IMG/VR virus record: IMGVR_UViG_3300026549_000043
Coordinates: 32,001-96,000 of that record
Source: a virus
Lineage: Duplodnaviria > Caudoviricetes
Length of the DNA stretch: 64,000 bases
Strand: one strand, 5' to 3'
The translations under genes and the position numbers were made by a program. The notes beneath the pieces are model-generated. The model ran no database searches. It was not told the DNA's origin and saw nothing but the letters and a program-made list of their open reading frames with translations. Shown piece after piece: positions 29,777 to 41,250 of the stretch. Every line of letters begins with the position of its first letter. Positions within the stretch are counted from its first letter, which is position 1.

Positions 29777-30216
29777 ATAGTTTATGTGTCAGAGAAGATA
29801 AGCATGAGTATTATATAGAGTCTAATCAATGGATCCCATTAATGGAAAAGTGTACTATCCAAGAAAAGTGTAGATTAGGTAATTTATTTGATAAAAAGTG
29901 TGGCGGTGGATGCATCGCTCATATTAATATCGAAGGAAGATTCCCTAATGAAGAAATGGCTTGGGATATGTTAAATTATGTAGCTAGTCAGGGTGTAATT
30001 TATTTTGCCTTTAATACCAAGATTAATGTCTGTGAAGATAAGCATGCTTCTATTGGTACTACTGTATGTCCACATTGTGGTAAACCAATTGTTGATAAAT
30101 ATACCAGAGTAGTGGGGTTCTATACACCACTATCATCATATCAGGCGATAAGGAAAAGAGAAGCTACTGCCAGGAAATGGTATAATGTTTTAGAAAAAGA
30201 ATCAATGTTCAGCTAA
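29758..30216 (+). CDS. nrdD: NrdD C-terminal fragment (NrdD-b; glycyl radical + Zn ribbon)
   Basis: SNQWIPL, GGG.IAH, C...H...CPHC, TRVVGFY; own AAGGAG RBS. Confidence 0.92.
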   Translation: MRFSEINSLCVREDKHEYYIESNQWIPLMEKCTIQEKCRLGNLFDKKCGGGCIAHINIEGRFPNEEMAWDMLNYVASQGVIYFAFNTKINVCEDKHASIGTTVCPHCGKPIVDKYTRVVGFYTPLSSYQAIRKREATARKWYNVLEKESMFS

Positions 30217-30253
30217 AGTAATTGTTATAAGTTAACAATGTATACTATAATTA

Positions 30254-30280
30254 TAAAGGCAGGTATATCTGCCTTTTTTA
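30254..30280 (+). terminator. Intrinsic terminator
   Basis: AAAGGCAG-GTATAT-CTGCCTTT followed by a T run. Confidence 0.75.
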
Positions 30281-30469
30281 GTATAAGCTAAAGTATAAAA
30301 TTACTACAACAAGAGGTAATTGAGCTATTTTTAGTGACTTTTTAATTTTATCTTACATAACTAGGAATAAAAAAGAAGAAACCGAAGAAAATGAAGACAG
30401 TAATTAGTTTACTGTCTTTTTTATTTTGAGATATAATAATAATGTAAAAAATCAATAAGGGTTAAGTAT

Positions 30470-33400
30470 ATGAGGAAAAAAAGCTTAAGTACTAATATTT
30501 ACAAGATAAAAGAATTATTATCAAAATATATCAAAGAGGGTGATTATATTATTGAAGACAATTCAAGGTATAATTCCATTAATGATTTATTATCTTCTTG
30601 GTATATTGAGTGTATAATAGATGAAGAATTAACTCCTAAGGGAGAAAAAGTAATATATGGATTACCAGCGGTAAAAGGCAATGAAGATAGTATTAAATAA
30701 AGATTATGGTGGATTTTCTGTTTCAGATTATGTGAGAGATGCTTTAGATCTTGAAGATAATTATTCTGTTGACCGTAAAGATCCAAGATTAATAAAATTA
30801 ATCGAAGATTTTCCTGATAGATGTGATGGTACTTTTGCTACTTTAAGAATAGTAGAAATACCAGACGAAGCTACCGATTATTATATTATGGATTATGATG
30901 GCATAGAAACTATTATCTATGTAATAAATGGTAAGCTTTATTTTAAATAAGGCTAGGTGATTAAAATATTTTTAACTAATTCATTAAAATGGTGTTTAAT
31001 AATTTTGATTAGTATTATTTTATGTTTTATCTCTATAGGGGTAATAATAACTTTATTCCACCCGGAGCCAATAAAGGATGAAATAGAAGAAGCATTAGAA
31101 GAAATTACTAGAAAGAAGAGGAAAAAGAAATGAGTTACTACAGCAAAAGATACTTAAAAGAAAAATGGGAACCTTTAAAGTGGGATATGGAAGAAATTCT
31201 TTTAAACAATGATGATGATGACCGCATTGATGAAGAAAAGGTTAAGAGAGTTAGAAATGCAATGAACTACTACATTGATGCTATTAAGAAGGAGATAAAT
31301 AAGTGAGACTAATTGATGGAGATAATTTAAAGGATGAAATTCTGGGGATAATCTTCGAAAGAGGGCAGGAATCTAGTAAATATGAAAATATGATAGAAAT
31401 TGGAGCCATGAGGTATTCTGATGTTGAATATGAAAATGGTATTGATGATGGCCTAGAAATCTGTTACAGTAAGATAGATTCAGAACCAACTATTAAGGCT
31501 ATATCTCTTAATTGGATAAATAATTATAAAAATACTTCAGGGCCAATAACTAAATATATTTTAAATCGAATGATTAAAGACTGGGATAGTATTCATGGTT
31601 AAATGCATTGAATGTCCATATTTAAAAACTAAAATTAATAAAATTGGCATAGTATATACAAATTGTGTTTATTCAAATGGAAAAAAGACTTTATATATTT
31701 ATAATATAGATACTAATAAAGAAGCTCTGCCTAAAAATTGTCCTTTATTAAAAAATATTAGTGATAGTGGGGTAATATAAATGAGGCTAATCGATTCTGA
31801 TAAACTAATAGTTGAAGTAGTTCACAGCGGTAATATTGTCTGTCTACCGCATATTTCATTAGAACAATTAAATACTGCACCAGTAATAAAGGCAATCCCT
31901 ATCGAGTGGATAAAAGATGTTTGGTTAAAAAGGCTTTAGAAGAAGTTACTTCTAAGAAGAAAAGGAAGGGGAAATAATTTCTCCTTCTTTTAGTTTATTT
32001 ACTGTTATTTATAGATTATAATAATAATGTAAATAAAGAGGTAAGAGAAAATGAAAAATAGACAGTGGGATGAATTAGATACAATAGAGACTATTTGTGA
32101 TGATGTGTATAATGCTTCTTTTATAAAGAAAATTGAAGAAGTGAGTAAGTGGTGTATAATTATTGGTTTAATTTTACTCTTCATATATTTGTATTTATAA
32201 GGTTTGGTTATTAGGAGAAAGAAAATGAGTAAATCTGTAATGATAATTGATACACCTAGAGATTGTTGTGATTGTCCTTTTGGTACTATGGCTTTTGGTA
32301 AAAGTGTTTGTTTACTAGATGAAGGTAATGGAATTGAATGTCCATTGAAACCATACAAAGATTTCGTTCCTATTGAGTGGATTAAATCAAAGATAGATGT
32401 AATACTTGGTAGCTACCCAGATGGAAATGAAGAAACTGAAATTCTTTGCAAACTGTTATATGACTGGGAGAAAGAAAATGAGGCTAATTGACGCAGATAG
32501 ATTACTAAAACCAAGCTTTACAGATATGTTTGATAAGCCAGTGAAAATGGATATGTTCAGTCGATATGCTATCGAAAGCCAACCAACAGTAAAAGCAATT
32601 CCTATTGAGTGGTTAATAAACAAGTGTAATGAAGCAGACAATATGGGAATGGGTATTGATGATTGGTCTGTGAAAGATTGCTATCAATTAGTGTTAGAAG
32701 CTTGGGAGGAAGAAAATGAGAAGTAGACAGTGGAATAAGTTAACAACTGAAAGATGTAAGCAGTTTTGTAATGAATGGTGTTGCCCTTGTAATGATGGTT
32801 CTACTGGTTGCTATGCTAATGACTTCTATGAGATGCTTTGTGATAGCTCTACTACTGCTCATATCTTTAGAGGTGAAGAAGATCTCTTTGATAGATTACA
32901 AGAAGAGAGTTATAACCGAATGGTTGAAAGTTATGATGATCCTGAGATCTATGAAAAGTTCTGTGAAAAGTTTGTAAAAGAATTGGGAGAGTAATGAATG
33001 GCTGCAATAGATTATGGAGTCCTAATAATTAAAGATGGCAAGGTAATAAATACTGATCTATTTCCGGTATTTACTATTGATAAATATACAATTGACTTTT
33101 ATAAGCATTCATTAACTATTTATAAAAATAATGAACTTGTAGAAAACTATTTCTTTAGTGATAAATACTCTTATTATTTAAATACAGTAGTGGGTAAAAT
33201 AAAAGTTCGAACTTTATCTCGTAAGAATCTCAGCAGATTTATTACTAGAATAAATGGGTATACTATTATATTCGGATATGGAATTGATCCCAATAAGAAC
33301 AAAGGATATCAAAAGCATATAATGAACGATTATGGGTTTGATAGGAGAGAGAAACGTATTATTTCTAAGTATTTATGGGAGAAAGAAAATGAGACTAATT

Positions 33401-36400
33401 GATGCTGATGTATTCAAAACAGAGTATGAAAATCTAATAACTTGGGTTTCTCATAGAGCAGAAAAGGCAAGATTAAGAGAATTTATCAAGGATATTCAGA
33501 ACCAACCAACAGTAAAAGCAATTCCAGTTGAATGGCTGAAAAGGTATGAAATTATCAAAGGACAAGAAGTACGTTTACAAGATGCTATAAACGAATGGGA
33601 GAAAGAAAATGAGACTAATTGATGCTGATGAATTAAAATATCGAACTGATAAAACTGGGTTTGGGTATATTATGGCATGAGAAGTCCATGGCACTCCCAC
33701 AGTTCCAGCAATCCCTGTTAAGTGGATAGAAAATTATATTAAACGGTATTATGGCACCGGTGACTTAGTATATCCTGAAGGATTTTTAAAAGAATTAGTG
33801 ACATGGTGGAGGTATGATGAAAATGAGTATAAAGAGAATACTTCTCAGACTGATTAAGAAAATCAAGCACAAAAGATTCTGCAGGTTAAATGGGTATAGA
33901 TGCCCAGATTGTATATATCACGAATGGGTGTGGGAAGGTGCAACATTTAGAGGAAATAAATGTAGATATGGGAGATAAAGAAAAATGGAAATTAATGAAT
34001 TATTAGAAAAAGGTTATAAAGAGTATTCTGTTGATGCTGAGTTTGATCCCAGTGTACATAGAATGTTCCAGAAGAGATTTGATGATGAATATGGTAAACA
34101 GTACTTTATTACAGTATATACTTTTAAGCCTTGGACACACCCATATACTCATGAAGAATTTATCAGTGAACCTGAGTTTAGAGTACAATTATATTCTTCT
34201 AATGACCATAAACCATTAAACTTAAACTTCTTCTCTGGTTGGTCTATTGATGAAGTAGAAGATTATGTTTGGAAAATCTTTATTATGTGCCAAAGTAACG
34301 GAAAGACATTGAGAATGTTTGACTATTATGAAAGGTGGGAAAAAGAAAATGAGACTAATAGATGCAGATAGAAAGCCTAATAAAATATATAAGGTGTATG
34401 CTGCACCTTATGCCTCTTATTATGAAGGCTATATAGTTAATGAATTTTGTATAAAGGAAGATGCAGAAAAATTAGCATTGGACTTAAATAATAATCTCCT
34501 GAGACAATATAATTATGAGGTTATCGAAGAAGATGAGCCTTATGAAAATTACCCAACAGTCGAAGCCATTCCTGTTTGGTATATAATTAGGTGGTATGAG
34601 AAAAGGTATAAATTGGGTTCAACAGTTGCAGATGATTGGGAGCGTGACTTTCTTAAAGAAAAAATAGTCAAGATGCATGATGACTTCAAGAATGAGAAAT
34701 ATCTTGACAATAAACAAGAATCAGAGAGATTTGCTCAAATGATAAAAGAAGTTATTGAGTTATATAACGATTGGGAGAAAGAAAATGAGACCAATGCTGA
34801 GTGTTAAAGTAATTGATAGTGATACTGGTATTGAGTTAGATAAAGTATATAAATTGATTGCACCAACAAAATTTGATTATGAGTTTGTCGGTGATGAAAT
34901 AATGTATAGAATATATAGATGGAATTTTGCTTACTCAATAGCAGATGATTATGCTTTAAAATTAGAAGAAAAGATGGAGAAAGAAAATGGATAATGAAAT
35001 GATTACCCACGAGCAGGTAATGGAGTACTGTAAAAACCGTAATTACGCATTGGTTGATAAAGAGTATTTACATATTATTCTTGGTGATAAGCCTATGAAA
35101 TTATTTGGGTTACCGATAGAAGATGTAATGAGAATTGTAGAGATATATAAGTATAAGGGAGTTGTACCAACCACTGACTATACAGAAGGCTTTGAAGATG
35201 GGATGAATTATATGAAAACCTATTATGAAAAGGTTATGGACGAATTAATAAAAAATGTTATGAGGTAATTAGATAATGAGACTGATCGATGCAGATGAAC
35301 TTGTAAAAATCTGTAGAAAAGGTTGGAGATTATTTGGCTTCAGTGATGAGAAAATATGCCATTGGGTTGATGAATATGACATAAATGCACAACCGACTAT
35401 CAAGGCGATTCCTATTGAATGGATTCTTAATCACCCTAAGTTTCCGCATAAAAATGAAGATAGAAAAAAGTGCATTTTAGATATGATAGAAGACTGGGAG
35501 AAAGAAAATGAAACTGATTAACTCCAATAAGTTTAAAGAAAAATTAAATTATCTTAACTATGAGTTATATAATTCTCACCCAATAGGTGAATTATCTAAA
35601 GAAGAAAAAGATACAGTTAGTTGGTATATTTATCACATCAATAAAATGGTTGATAATATGTCTATGGAAAGTGCTGTTCCTGTTGAGTGGATAAAGAAGT
35701 ATATAGATAATAGACTTATTAAATATGGTGATACTTGGACTTTTATAAACTGTATGATAAATGAATGGGAGAAAAAGAATGGATAAATTAGATGAACTAT
35801 TTGATGTATTACAGAAGATAAAAGATAAGTGTAACTTACACGGCAAGGCAACAAATTGGAAATGTGATACTTGTCCCTTTGGCCTTAATGACCATTTGTT
35901 CTATTGTCAATTCATTCAAATCGCTGATTTATTCTATAGAGAACCAGCATTATGGGACTTAAAGAAGTTAAGAGAGATATTAAATGAAGGTCATTTTTAG
36001 AATAAATGCTGACAATTTTAGAGATTATCTAGAAAGGGCTACTAGGTTAAAAGCAGCTTGGGAAGATTCTCAAGATCTTGATTGTATCATTGTCTCAAAA
36101 GATGTAGACGTATTTTTAGTTGACCCTGATAGTGAAATTGAAATTATGCCACAGCTTCCAGACTACATTTCTGAAGAAGAGCGCATTAAGGGTAATATAC
36201 CTATTGAATATTGTTTTGGTTGGAAAGATTGTTTAGATACAATAAAGGGGAATAAAGAATGAAAGTAGTAAATGCAGATAAGTTAAAGAGTTATGCCTTG
36301 AAATCAATTCATGATGAAAAGATTACGGATTCATTTAGAACTGGTGTCGAGTTTACCCTAGGTTTATTAGATGCCTTTGAAATTGATGATGCTATTCCTG

Positions 36401-38022
36401 TTTCTTGGCTTATAGATAAGGCTCAGGAAAAATTGATTGATAGAGAAATCACCGGTGCTGAAATGACTTTTATTAAGAGTCTAATTGAAGAATGGAGAAA
36501 TGAATAGTTTATAAACCTATATAAAGAATTATATAATATAAATATAATAAAAGAGGTAATAATTATGAACAGTATGTACTTTGGTAAAAAAGAATTAGAA
36601 GCTATGTATGAATTGATTCGTTTCTTAAATGAACAGTCATATAAGTCTGAGTATTATAATGATGTTCATATTTTCCCAGCTGATTTAGGAGCTTTTGTTG
36701 TAGAATGGGCTCAAGTACCCTGGGATCATACTTATGGTGGCAGCTTTAGGTATGTAGATGAGAATCAAACTGTATGTACTGAATTGAAATATCCAGATGA
36801 TACCTTCGGTTATGTCGAAGATCCTGGAGAAGCCTTAAATGAGTGGCTAGAAGAGAATCCGGGCTGGACCAAAGATGAATGGGGATATTGGCATCATGAA
36901 TAGAGAAGAACTCTTAAAAAGAGGCTATACTGAATTTGGTGGTAAAGATACAGGTAATGTACGTACTAGTATGTTCCAGAAGCGTATTGATGATCAAAAA
37001 GGTAAGAAGTATTTTATTACCGTAACGTATAGTATCTTTAACATTAATGGAAAATCATTTGAAAGCTTTGAATGTGAAACTCAATTCAATAATAGGGTCG
37101 GCACGAAGAATATTGTTTGGTTGTCTGTTGAAGATATAGATAAAGTAGAAGAAGAAGCCGAGCTACTCTGGAATGTTCTAAAAGGAGAATATTATGAAGA
37201 ATATTATGAAGATTTTTAATTCTAAAGACTATAGCTTAGAAATGTCGCCTTTAAAAGAAGGTATTGACTTTTACTACACTTTCCATTATGTCTTTAATGG
37301 AAATAAGTTATGTTTCGTATTAGCCGATACTTATGAAAAGGATTATACTAATAACCCTTGTAAGTCAAAGAAGTGGAATAGATATAATCGTTTAAGAAAG
37401 TCCCTAAGACCATTCTGGGACACTAATAAGCCGGAATCATTAGAAGAAAGAGTTGAAGAACTGATTAAAGACAAAGAAGAAATAGAAAAAGAGCTTAAGG
37501 AGGATTAATATGGGATTAGACTTTACAATTTATAAGAAGAAAGTAAATGAAACTTGTGAACAGGCTTGGAATGCTATAGTTAGTGAATGGCGTGAATCAG
37601 GTTATACTACTACCTCTGAAAGAGAGTTAGCCTATGGTCGTAAAAGCTGGGAATTAGTCTATGAATTAGTACCAGATTATGGAGACTATTTTGATTCTGA
37701 TGACCCAATCATTTCTAAAGAAAGATGGGATTCTTTAATGAATAAAATCTCGGAAATTGGCCCTAAGCTTGATAAGATCTGGGATGCTTTTAATAAAGAA
37801 GAAAAGGCCCCGGATGATTATCCTGAATTTATCTTTGGTGACGAAGAAAAGAAGCTTATTGCTGAGTATGAATACTGGTATGATAAGACTTTCGATGTAG
37901 CCCCAACTTTAGGATATTTCTTCTCTGTGGGTTATATTATGGATTTCTGGAATGCCAATGACCGTGTTCAGAAAGTTTTTGAAGACCCAGAGTGGGAAGT
38001 TAGAGCGAGCGTGAGCTATTAG
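30470..38022 (+). other. Array of ~30 short, translationally coupled accessory ORFs (e.g. 30470, 30681, 31303, 31595, 31781, 32225, 32478, 32716, 32998, 33389, 33609, 33985, 34349, 34785, 34987, 35276, 35508, 35984, 36259, 36565, 36896, 37510)
   Basis: Overlapping stop/start codons; promoters at 30405, 31991 and 36505; repeated MRLIDAD...PTVKAIPIEW...WEKENE family. Confidence 0.75.
32465..35520 (+). repeat. Dispersed junction repeat TGGGAGAAAGAAAATGAGACTAATTGA
   Basis: Copies at 32465, 33376, 33596, 34336, 34772 and 35495; 33375-33410 and 33595-33630 are identical over 36 nt. Confidence 0.85.
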
Positions 38023-38762
38023 TGAAGTATTTTATTGTAGCTGATGTTCATGGTTTCTATAATGAAATGATTGAAGCCCTTGAAAAAGAGGGCTTTGATA
38101 AGACTAACCCTAATCATACTTTTGTCTCCTTAGGTGACTTATTAGATAGAGGTGAACAACCCAAGGAATGCTTAAAGTTTGTTAACAGTCTTGAAAGAAA
38201 GATCTTAATCGTAGGGAATCATGAACTCTTAATGGATGAAATGGCCGAAAGAGGTTACCCCAGAGATTATGATTTTAAAAATGGTACTCTCAATACGGCC
38301 AGGATCCTAACCAATACTAAGCCAGATGAGATCTGCTCAAATATGAAAGATAATGAACTTTATCAGACATACCGTAAAGAATGCAAGTTTTATCATGAGG
38401 TTGGAGACCATATCTTTGTTCATGGTTGAATTCCTTGCATCTATGCTGGAAAGTACAGTATTACTCCTGTAGCTTATAAGAAAGATTGGAGAGATGCTCC
38501 TTTAGTAGAATGGATTGACTCAACCTGGATCAATGGTATGTTAGCCTGGGCTGCAAAAATAAGAGAACCTGGAAAGACAATCTGGTGTGGACATTGGCAT
38601 ACTTCTTATGGCCATGCTAATTTACATAACTATGGAGTTGAGTTTCCGCACGAAAAAGGTGAAGAGGCACATTTCTCCCCTTTCATAGATGAAGGGATTG
38701 TAGCTATGGATGCTTGTACTGCCTATTCAAAAAAAGTTAATTGTAAGGTCATAGAAATTTAG
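38022..38762 (+). CDS. Metallophosphoesterase, Ser/Thr phosphatase-like (1 in-frame TGA)
   Basis: DVHG, GDLLDRG, GNHE, FVHG(TGA)IP, GHWH, D.C.AYS. Confidence 0.88.
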
Positions 38763-39069
38763 TTTATAAATGGTATAGATCTATTTATAATTAAATTATA
38801 AAATAAAAGGTTAATAAAATATGTTGTGGGAAATATTTAAAATAATTATCAGTTTAATTTTTCTAATTATATTAATCAGTTTTTTATTAGCTATGATTCT
38901 TAGTATTTTCTGGGTAGATCTATTCCATGAATTACTCAGGGAAATATTTGATAAGGAGGAATAAGATGACCTTTCGTGATTTTTTAATTTATTTTGGAAT
39001 ATTTTTTGCTGGATGTTGCACTGGGATTATGTTATTAGCTATTTTATCAGTAAATAGAATTGATGATTA

Positions 39070-39630
39070 ATGGATTATAAAGAACGTATACTTAAACAGG
39101 TAATAGACTGGGAAAAGATTGATAAACCTAATATACCAGATGTTATTGAAGTATTTGATGTTAATGAAACTGATTTTATTAATTATAAAGAATCTACCTT
39201 TATGATTTATTCAGGAATATCTTGTACTTTTAAATGTGATAAAGAAAATGGGACTCAGATCTGTCAGAACTGGGGTATAAGAAATAATAAAAGAATAAAA
39301 ACTTCAATTGAAGGGTTGATTAATAAATATCTTAATCAAAATATTTCTAAATCAATTTCTTTTCAAGGCCTAGAACCTTTAGATAACTTATTTCAGCTTT
39401 TATGTTTTATTTATCGTTTCAGAGTTAAATGTGATGACCCAATTATAATTTGGACTGGATATACTGAAGAAGAATGTGATAGCTTAATACAATTAATAAA
39501 ATCAATGAATTTAAAAAATATTATCATAAAGTTTGGTAGGTATATTCCAGGACAGAAAAGTCATTATGATGAAATTTTAGGTATAGACCTAGCATCGGAT
39601 AATCAATATTCAAAAATGATTAATGAATAA
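39070..39630 (+). CDS. nrdG: Anaerobic RNR activase (radical SAM)
   Basis: CTFKC...CQN, GLEP, WTGY, K.GRY, ASDNQ. Confidence 0.85.
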   Translation: MDYKERILKQVIDWEKIDKPNIPDVIEVFDVNETDFINYKESTFMIYSGISCTFKCDKENGTQICQNWGIRNNKRIKTSIEGLINKYLNQNISKSISFQGLEPLDNLFQLLCFIYRFRVKCDDPIIIWTGYTEEECDSLIQLIKSMNLKNIIIKFGRYIPGQKSHYDEILGIDLASDNQYSKMINE

Positions 39631-39919
39631 TTATTTTGGAGGTTACTTAATGTTAACTAGAGAAGAATTTAAGAGAAGTGTAGAGGCATATGAAGATTTT
39701 GAGAATTATTTGGATAAACTGGCCGAGCTTCAAATAAATATATGGGAGAATGATTCGGTTGGTTGGTTTAGAGATCAGTATATGACTTTATTATGTAAAG
39801 CTATGGAACAGGAGTTAGATAATATATATTTAAATGATCTAGAAGAATTCGTATACAATAATTTTTCTTCAGAAAATATTGATACAGTATATGATAAATT
39901 GGTAGGAGAAAACAAATAA
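39623..39919 (+). CDS. Hypothetical protein
   Basis: Open frame. Confidence 0.55.
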   Translation: MNNYFGGYLMLTREEFKRSVEAYEDFENYLDKLAELQINIWENDSVGWFRDQYMTLLCKAMEQELDNIYLNDLEEFVYNNFSSENIDTVYDKLVGENK

Positions 39920-40578
39920 TGGCGGGATTATTTATTGTTTTGGAAGGTGGAGAGGGCTGTGGTAAATCAACCATAGCTGATTATCTCTTTAAAAGATTAT
40001 CTTCTAATGGTTATAGAGTATTATTAACTAGAGAACCAGGTGGAGTAAAAATTTCAGAACAAATTCGTAATATTATTTTAGATAATAATAACAAAGAAAT
40101 GGATCCAATGACTGAGGCTTTATTATATGCTGCTTCAAGGAGGCAACATTTAATTGAAAAGGTTATTCCAGAATTAGAATCTAATGGCATTGTCATTTGT
40201 GACCGTTTCATTGACTCTTCATTAGCCTATCAAGGTTATGCTCGTGGCTTAGGTATTAATAATATTATGAAACTAAATTCTTTTGCTATACAGGACCCAA
40301 AATCATCAAATAAATATTTCCCTGATTTAAGTATATTTTTAGATATAGACCCAATAAAAGGACTAGATCGAGTTAAATCTCGTGGAGAAAAATTAAACCG
40401 CTTAGATAAAGAAAAATTAGGTTTTCATTATTTAGTTAGAGAAGGTTATAATAAAATTATTCAGACTAATAACTATATAATAAAAATAGATGCATCAGAA
40501 GAATTATCTGTTGTAGAAGAAAAGGTTTATAATAAAGTTTTAGAATTAATTACTAGTAAAGGATTACAAATAAATTAA
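39919..40578 (+). CDS. tmk: Thymidylate kinase
   Basis: EGGEGCGKST, TREPGG, CDRFIDSSLAYQG. Confidence 0.95.
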   Translation: MAGLFIVLEGGEGCGKSTIADYLFKRLSSNGYRVLLTREPGGVKISEQIRNIILDNNNKEMDPMTEALLYAASRRQHLIEKVIPELESNGIVICDRFIDSSLAYQGYARGLGINNIMKLNSFAIQDPKSSNKYFPDLSIFLDIDPIKGLDRVKSRGEKLNRLDKEKLGFHYLVREGYNKIIQTNNYIIKIDASEELSVVEEKVYNKVLELITSKGLQIN

Positions 40579-40593
40579 AGGAGGATTATATAA

Positions 40594-40884
40594 ATGTTAG
40601 AAGTTAATTACTTAGGAAAAGACTTATATGACAAGGTTAATCAATTAGTGGAAAAGTCTTTCTACAAGATCTATCGAAGAGACCCTGAAAATAGTTATGA
40701 GATTAATAATATTTCATTAGACTTTACGACCTGTGAGGATGAGACTGACAAGCCTCTTATCACCGTAAGTATAACTTGTTTCACTAAAGCTGAAGGAGTT
40801 TTCTCAGTAGAACTTGATTATTTCTTAGATGAGTCAGATGATTTCAATGTTGGATCATTCTATACGAGTATTACAAACGCATAA
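40594..40884 (+). CDS. Hypothetical protein
   Basis: AAGGAGG RBS. Confidence 0.6.
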   Translation: MLEVNYLGKDLYDKVNQLVEKSFYKIYRRDPENSYEINNISLDFTTCEDETDKPLITVSITCFTKAEGVFSVELDYFLDESDDFNVGSFYTSITNA

Positions 40885-41250
40885 GCTATGAAGCATACAT
40901 CAACATTCTTATTATGACTCTTATTAGGTTTAATCATAGGACCATTAGGAGTAGCATACTTATTAGTTAAAACATTAGATGAGGGTTAATTATGAAGAAG
41001 ATTACAGAAGATGAAGCCTATGGAATGTATTTAAGTTGGGGATACGATGAAGTTCTCCCATTTAAAGATGAATTTACTGGTATAGATTTTATTAATTATT
41101 TAATATTTTTAGGTTATAGTATTGAATAAAATAAATGGATCTTAAGTCCATATTAGGTATATATCTTAAAAAATAGGAATACTCCTATTTTTTATTTAGT
41201 TTAATTTATAGCGAAATTATTATACAATATATATGTCTCAGGAGGTATGT

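Noticed and set aside
28663-29810. Functional split intein in nrdD
   Set aside because: No block A or TxxH motif and no HN-[C/S/T] junction; SNQ belongs to the NrdD sequence itself
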